The position numbers and the translations under genes are program-made. Shown here in pieces: positions 56,735 through 64,000 of a stretch of 64,000 nucleotides of DNA. The first letter of the stretch is position 1; each line of letters begins with the position of its first letter. The stretch is from the human T2T-CHM13v2.0 reference genome, Homo sapiens: the NCBI RefSeq assembly GCF_009914755.1, contig NC_060928.1, one strand, 5' to 3'. The notes under the pieces are model-generated. The model saw only the letters and a program-made list of their open reading frames with translations, made no database searches and was not told where the DNA came from.

Positions 56735-57749
56735 AGAGTGTATTTTATATAATCAGATGACAGGCAGATTGTAAGCCAGTTGGTTCATTGAATAACCAAT
56801 GACACCTTTTTTTAGCTGAAGAGAATTTGACTTAATTTCGTGAAGACAATTCAAGTTTTATTTTTCATGTAGACATTACTCTTTCAACAGGAGACACTGT
56901 CTGTGGAATTTGAGCCCTAAGTCATAGATGAATCATGGAACTTCTATAATTTTATTTAGTGAGCTATTGACTTTCTGGTAGTCCATACCACAGTTGATAA
57001 TTCCAGAAAACTAATTCCACTGGCCACTGCCCTTATTGAAAATATGATCTAGCAAAAAGGAGACAGGTAAACAATTACAGTAACATTCATCTTGCAGGAA
57101 AAGAGAAGGACACTCAACAAAAACCAAATGCTGTGAAGGCAGAAGAGTAGTCTATTTTGTCAGATAGCTCCATAAGGGACTGGTTCAATGGGAATGTGAG
57201 ATTAAAAAATAAATATATCCTAGATATTATTTTATGTTTCAGTCTAAATATGAGCATTGGGTTTTTATTTACTTAATGAATCTACATCACCAGGGAAATT
57301 AGTTGTAAATATCAAAATATATTTTTCAAATTGTTTAATATTTGAATATTTTACCACAACGTAAATTCAATGAGAAAACAGACGGGAAATACTATATTTT
57401 ATATCCCCAGTGTCTCATATACATTTTTGACAAATAAAGATTAAATAAATGAATGAAGGCTAAGTATAATATTTAACAGAAACATTATTGATCAAAATGC
57501 TCCAGTCAACAAAAGCATATAATTATGTGGTAATTGCAATTTTTGGTTCATTCATTTGTGAGTCACTCATATGTTATTTTGTGCATACTTTGTTACCAGT
57601 AAATAAATCTATAAATAATAGGAGTATTTAGCTGTCTTCTCATAAAGAAAGAAAAAGTACTTATGAATGCGGTCTATTATAGTTACTTCAAAAAGTGACT
57701 TTCTCTGGCTTGGTGGCTAGAAAAAACAAATTTTATTATTATAAATCTA

Positions 57750-58250
57750 ATAATAATAGCTTACATTTTCAGCCTAATCACATCTGGATATGTCTATCAT
57801 CTTAATGCTCAAACAACTATAATAATTTGGTAATATCGTGATTGCCATGTGATAGATAATAAAACTGAGATACAGATGGTTTAATGAAATTATCAATAGT
57901 CAACTATTTAGTGACTAAATTAGGATTTTCACACAGAGTGATGGATTCCAAAATGTCTGTACCTTGCATTATTGTATTAGATAGCCTTCAAATTGAAGTA
58001 ATAATGATGATTATAATGGTAACATATTTATTATTTATTATTTACCTTTTGTATAGTATCCTGCAAATAGCTAAATATTTTTCATATACTTTATTATAAT
58101 TAAAACACAAAACTCTTAGGTTTGTGTTACTCTTTATTATCCCCACTTTACTAATGAAGGCACTAAAGTGTAGTATGTTTACATTTATAAGAATCTGGTA
58201 AGTTTCAAAAACCAGAAATTAAATCTGGTTTAGTTCATGCCAGTTATCAC
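57750..58250 (-). mobile_element. Two MIR fragments
   Basis: gataataaaactgagatacag; attatccccactttactaatgaaggcactaaag. Confidence 0.6.
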
Positions 58251-59248
58251 TTTTATTTAATAAAATATGAGTGAAAATATTCTCAAAACTATAGAAAATA
58301 CTCCATTTTATTTTCAAATCGAGTGCTGAATGAAATAAATCTACCTTGGTAAATGCCCTGCTTGATATAAACAGCAGAATCATTGCTTTTTAAAAATGAA
58401 ATGCATACAGTATTGCAAGGATGGGTATTACATACTTCGGTTCCTGCCATTTGTTATATCTCTACACACACAGACTTGCACACACACACACTTACAGACA
58501 CACATACACACAGGCTGGGGAGTGTATGTCTAGGTCAGAAACATATATGAAGCACACAATTTGGTTTTCTACTCACTCCTATAAAAATTACAATTCATGT
58601 GTTTGTAATAGGAAGAATAAGAAATATATTTGTTTTTTAATTTAGGTTTTGATGGAGTAAGGAAAGCTTAATGAATGTGAAAAATTAATAAAATGATGGG
58701 ACAGAACATAAAACCAAAGAGTTTATCTTAAAAAATCTTAAAAGTTTTCTCATTTTAACACTTCTAATGCCTTAATCAACTTACAACACCTTAGATTTTG
58801 TTACAAGTCAATCTGTTCTATTTTCAGAAGGCTTTAATTTTTACCAATGTCTTCCCTATGATGCATTTAAATCTTGATTCCTGTAACTTCCAGGCTTTGA
58901 TGTAATTCTTCCCTCTGGGATAATATAGATTAAGGTCATTCCCTCTTCTATTAACCATCATCTTGAAACTGAGATATTCCTGTTGAATTAAACACTCCCA
59001 GCTTTTCAGTCATTAATTTCAGCCCTCACCTTTACTTCTCCTTACTGTCCAGGGATTCTATGACTTTACTCTGTTGATCCCAGAATTTTAATTCTACACT
59101 ATGGTCACACTCTTGGTTACTCATAAACCATAGCAGGTGAATAATACCTCAAGTATGGCAAAACCAACTGGCAAGAGATATCAAAGACGGTGGGGCAGAG
59201 GGCAGATCCCTGAATTGTGCTATTAAACTACAATCCCCACAGCAACAG

Positions 59249-60107
59249 TGTAGAATGTATAAAAATGTCCACAGTTCTCAGTAAACTATCGCAAGAACAA
59301 AAAACCAAACACCGCATATTCTCACTTATAGGTGGGAATTGAACAATGAGAACACATGGACACAGGAAGGGGAACATCACACTCTGGGGACTGTTGTAGG
59401 GTGGGGGGAGGAGGGAGGGATAGCTTTAGGAGATATACCTAATGCTAAATGACGAGTTAATGGGTGCAGCACACCAGCATGGCACATGTATACATATGTA
59501 ACTAACGTGCACATTGTGCACAATGTACCCTGAAACTTAAAGTATAATAATAATAAAATTAAAAAAAAAAATGTCCACAATTCCTTGCAGTTCCTTCATT
59601 AAGGGGGTCTCTTTTCCTCTTCCTTAAATTGAGGATGGCATTGGGACAGCAACAATGTATGATTTACAAACCTGGTCCTCAACAGCCTTATGTATTTCCA
59701 TTCTTGCTCTTGGGATTCCTGTCTAGAACTCAGCTGAGCTGAAAAGGACTAAGCTAAGATGGCAGGTGTGGAAATGGCAGATTAAGACAAGAAGCCAAAA
59801 AGAGTAACAGTTAAGCCTTTAATCACTTTTTGCAATAGCATAAGCAAGAAGCTAAATCTGACAAGGTGCCAACTGTCCCAGGTGCCTGAAGGAATGGCGT
59901 ACAGGTGGAGGATCGGGGGGTTCTGAAGACTACACTTCTGATGCATGAGTAAGCCAAGCCTGGCCAAGGTCAACAGAACATTCCAGCTAAGACCAAGCCA
60001 AACTGTCAACCCATAGAATAATAAATTTAACAACTGTTTGCAGTTTTAGTCTACTCGGTTTAGGTTAAGTTTGCTTTGTTACACACATGCACATAGAGTT
60101 AACTGAC
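59249..60107 (+). mobile_element. MLT1G/H-like LTR, split by L1PA
   Basis: aaaaatgtccacaattccttgcagttcc; ends tttgttacac...agttaactgaca. Confidence 0.6.
59274..59566 (+). mobile_element. Young 5'-truncated L1 (L1PA2/3-like) with TSD
   Basis: cagtaaactatcgcaagaacaaaaaaccaaacaccgcatattctcac; G-rich 3' UTR tract; poly(A); TSD aaaaatgtccaca. Confidence 0.95.
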
Positions 60108-60300
60108 AGGTATTTACCAAAACCCTTGAAATATGAACTATTAACATAGTCGAAACCACCCAATCATACTGTTTACTGGACCTTATTTTCTTGGTTTTAT
60201 ATTCCAAAAGCTATTTTAAAATCAGTGCTGCATGCCTGTTATATGCTTTTTTCTTAGATTTCTATTATTACTTACTTCAGCATTGCTTAAGACACCTTCT

Positions 60301-60605
60301 TTTTTTTTTTTTTTTTTTTCTGGTGGGGACGGAGTCTTGCTGTGTCACCCAGGCTGGAGTGCACTGGCAGGATCTCAGCTCACTGTAACCTCCGCCTCCC
60401 AGGTTCAAGCGATTCTTCTGGCTCAGCCTCCTGAGTAGTTGGGACTACAGGTGCATGTCACCACGCCCAGCTAATTTTTGTATTTTTAGTAGAGAAGGGG
60501 TTTCACCATATTGGCCAGGCTGGTCTCGAATTCCTGACCTTGTGATCTGCCTGCCTCAGCCTCCCAAAGTGCTGTGATTACGGGTGTGAGCCACCGTGCC
60601 TGGCC
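60301..60605 (-). mobile_element. AluSg-like with TSD
   Basis: aagacaccttctt on both sides. Confidence 0.95.
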
Positions 60606-61369
60606 AAGACACCTTCTTAATTCTGCTGTTTGTGTCTCATATTTAATTTCTGCAACTTTTCCCACCATTCAAATGTTTTGACCTCCAGGTCCCAGAGAAG
60701 GAGAAAAAGCGAAACAGTCAAACATTATGCAATATGCACTTCCAACATCATAGCATATTGGCCCAAATTTTCATAAACACATAAAATTTTATATTCTTAC
60801 TTATCAAAGATGAAAAAGGAGCAAAAATTGATTTACAGTTCTTTGGGAAAATGACATTCACTTTCTTAGAATGAGGAAACTGAGGTCCAGAAAGAAAAGA
60901 GACAGGCTAAATCTTTGAAACTAGTAAAAACCTTGTTTTTCTGAGTGTGAGCTATCAACACTCTCAGAACTTCAGATTCTGATAGGAGGACATGTTCCAT
61001 GATAAATTGTTGTTTCTCCCTACACTGTGGGATGTGGAAAGGCATGACAGAAATGACATGGAATTCAGTGGAAATGAAAGCTCACACATTATTGATAACG
61101 CATTGTTCTGAATGTACCTACTAGTTGTAAAAATTTGGGGCAGTCTGTGTAGAATAATGTCTGCAGATTGTTTGGACTGAATTGTTGTTTCTGTACTGAT
61201 TTTCAATGTAACTATAGGCCAATTATTTGCCTTCCTACACTTTAGATATTTAAATTTGTAAATTGAAGGTGATTTTACTTCCAGTCTCATCAAGTTATTG
61301 TGGTGATATATGTAGAGATAATGCTGCAAGGCACTGTTAAATGTTTACTATCATCCTTCCTGCTCTTTC

Positions 61370-61495
61370 TACTTGCACTGTCCTGAACAGGCTCTAAGGT
61401 TCTTGAGGGCAGGGATGCCCTTTTGTTAGTTTTAAATCCCCAGGACTCCTATCAGATATTATATGCTCAATAAATATTTGTGAATAAAATTTAAA
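61370..61495 (+). mobile_element. L2 3' end
   Basis: taaggttcttgagggcaggga...atgctcaataaatatttgtgaat. Confidence 0.7.
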
Positions 61496-62139
61496 GATGC
61501 ATGGTAGGAAATGCATAGAAAAATAAGTGAAGGAAAGAAGGATGAGAAGGAGGGAAGGAACCATAGATGAAAGGGAAGGAGAGGGAGGGAGAGAGGAAGA
61601 AAGTCAGGAAAAGGGGAATTGCGAGTCCAGAATGTCTTTATGAGAAGTATCAACGTGTTTATTAAAGCTCTTAAAGTCAGAGCACACAAAAGTATTGCAG
61701 ACCGCTGATGAAGTAATTGAAGATAAAGATAAAGAATTCCATATGTTAGTAGATGCTCACAATTGCTGTTACATAAGCATTTGGACTTAGTAATGGGAGT
61801 AAGAAAGAGTAGATACCATCCTCTTAGCTTTGGTTTGGAAGCAGGACATGAAGCTGTGTATATTGGGGTGACTTACAAGAGGAGACAATTACAAGGTCAG
61901 GGAGAGTTAAATCATTCACTTCTGCAAATATTCTTATCTGCCTCCTTACCCAGTTTACATTCCATGGCCAATCATTATAATCACTTTTGCCTGCACAACA
62001 AATACAACTCTCAGTTTTGACAAGAATGATTTATTTCATTAATTTTCACGCAATCACATCTCAGTTTGAAGATTCTATTATTTCTATTTTAGAATTTATG
62101 CTATTTATTATTTTCTGCTTCTTTCTTTCAAATTAATTT

Positions 62140-64000
62140 GCCATCTTTTAAAAATGTTTATGTTTAATTTGCATGGTTACATATATAGTAGATATATATA
62201 TTTATGGAATACACAAGATGTTTTAATACAGGCATGCAATGCATAATATTATCATAAAGAATGGAGTATCCATCCCTTCAATTATTTAGCCTTTGTATTA
62301 TAAACAATTCAGTTAAACTCTTAGTTATTTTATAGTGTACAATTAAGTTATTATTGACTATAGTTATCCTCTTGTGTTAACCAATACTAGGTCTTATTTG
62401 TTCTTTCTATTTTTTTGTACCCATTCACTGTCCCCGGCACCCTGCCGCTCCCACCCTACTATCATTCCCAGCCCCTGGTAACAATCCTTCTACTCTCTAT
62501 GTACATAAGTTCAATTGTTTTGATTTGTAGACCCCACACATAGGGGAGAATATGTGACGTTTGCCTTTCTGTGACTGCCTTATTTCACCTAATATAATCA
62601 TCTCAAGTTCCATCTATCTTTTTGCAAATGAAAGTATCTCATTCTTTTTTCTGAATGAATAGTACTATATTTTGTATAGGTACCACATTTTCTTTATCCA
62701 TTCATCTGTTGATTGACACTAAGGCTGCTTCTAAATCTCGGCTACTGTGGACAGAGCTACAACAAACATGGAAGTGTAGATATCTCTTTCTTTTTTATAT
62801 ATCTAGCAATGGGATTACTGGATCATATGATTGCATGATTTTTACTTTTTTGAGTAATATTTTCTCCCACTCTGTGTGTTATCCCTTCACTTTGTTGATT
62901 TTTATTTTTGTTGTGCACAAGCTTTTAAACTTGATGTGATCCCATTTGTCCATTTTTGCTTTGGTGGCCTGTGCTTATGGGGTATGACTCAGGAATTTTT
63001 TGGTAAAGACCAGTGTCCTGGAGATTTTCCCCAGTGTTTTCTTGTAGTAGTTTTATAGTCTGAGGTCTTAGATTGAAGCCTTTAATCTATTTTGATTTGA
63101 TTTTTGTATATGGTGACAAATAGAGGTCTAGTTTCATTCTTCTGCTTATGGATATCCAGTTTTCCCAGCAACAGATATTAAAGAGACTGTCTTTTACCCA
63201 ATGTATGTCTTTGGAACCTTTTTGGAAAATCAGTTCACTGCAGGTGTGCGGACTTCTTTCTGGGTTCTCTCTTCTGTCCCCTTGGTTTATGTGTCTGCTT
63301 TTATGCCAGTACCATGCTCTTTTGATTACTGTAGCTCTGTAGTATGATTTGAAGTCAGGTAATGTGATTCCTCCAGTTGTGTACATTTTGCTTAGGATAG
63401 CTTTGGCTTCTCTGGGTCTTTTGTGGCTCCATAATAATTTTAGAATTTTTTTTTCTATTTCTTTGAAGAATATCTTAGTATTTTTGTGGGAATTGCCTCA
63501 AATCTGCAGATTGCTTTGGGCAGTATGGACATTTTAACAATATTGATTCTTTCAATGCATGACCTGGAATATCTTTCCAATTTTTGGTTTGTTTTTCAAT
63601 TTTTTTCATCAGTATTTAATAGTTTTCATAATAGAGATCTTTAACTTCTTTAATTTTGTCACTATTGTAAATAAAATTACTTTTTTATTTCTGTTGATCT
63701 CCTGTATCACATTGAAAAGTTGTATATGTTGAACTATTCTTGCATCCCATGGATGAATCCCACTTGGTCATGATGTATTATCTTTTTAATGTATTATTGA
63801 ATTTGGTTTGCTAGTATTTTGTTGAGGATTTTTGCCCCAATATTCATCAGAAATATTGGCCTTTAGTTATTTTTTAATATGTTTGGTCTGGTTTTGGTAC
63901 CAGGATAGTACTGGCCTCATAGAATGAATTTGAAATTATTCCTGCCGCCTCTATTTTTTGAAGTAGTTTGAGTAGGATCAATATTAATTGTTTTTTAATT
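62140..64000 (-). mobile_element. L1MA-like element (3' UTR and ORF2), internally deleted, running off the window
   Basis: ORF 63087-63386 translates to [25 protein letters not shown] (L1 ORF2); 3' UTR tacaggcatgcaatgcataat...ttattgactatag. Confidence 0.92.

Noticed and set aside
59227-59245. ACTACAATCCCCA resembling the ZNF143/THAP11 motif
   Set aside because: Single mismatched copy with no CpG island or promoter context
60964-61329. 121-aa minus-strand ORF
   Set aside because: Starts in MIR-like sequence, with no recognisable homology and no splice support

Overview
Primate (very probably human) genomic DNA, AT-rich and CpG-poor, consistent with a gene desert or a large intron. I can support no protein-coding exon, RNA gene or CRISPR array. 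The ORF track is explained by Alu, L1, LTR12, Tigger1, MaLR and simple-repeat sequence, or by chance. Much of the window is interspersed repeat: about 17 Alus, many L1 fragments from old L1M to a young L1PA2/3-like 3' end, two solo LTR12 (ERV9) LTRs, THE1/MST/MLT1/MLT2 LTRs, a near full-length Tigger1, and MER1B, MER20, MER47, MIR and L2. Subfamily names come from recalled consensus motifs and are approximate. Most notable: (1) a convergent pair of LTR12 promoters 2.3 kb apart that encloses inverted Alus; (2) several short-range non-tandem copies of local sequence (30-200 bp) sitting inside old L1s, resembling templated insertions; (3) two twin-primed L1 inversions with TSDs; (4) multi-level nested insertions; (5) a STAT/PU.1/NF-kB/AP-1 motif cluster and a perfect 13-bp hairpin in non-repeat DNA near 18.3-18.6 kb. 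None of this demonstrates a new biological system; items 1 and 2 are the best leads.
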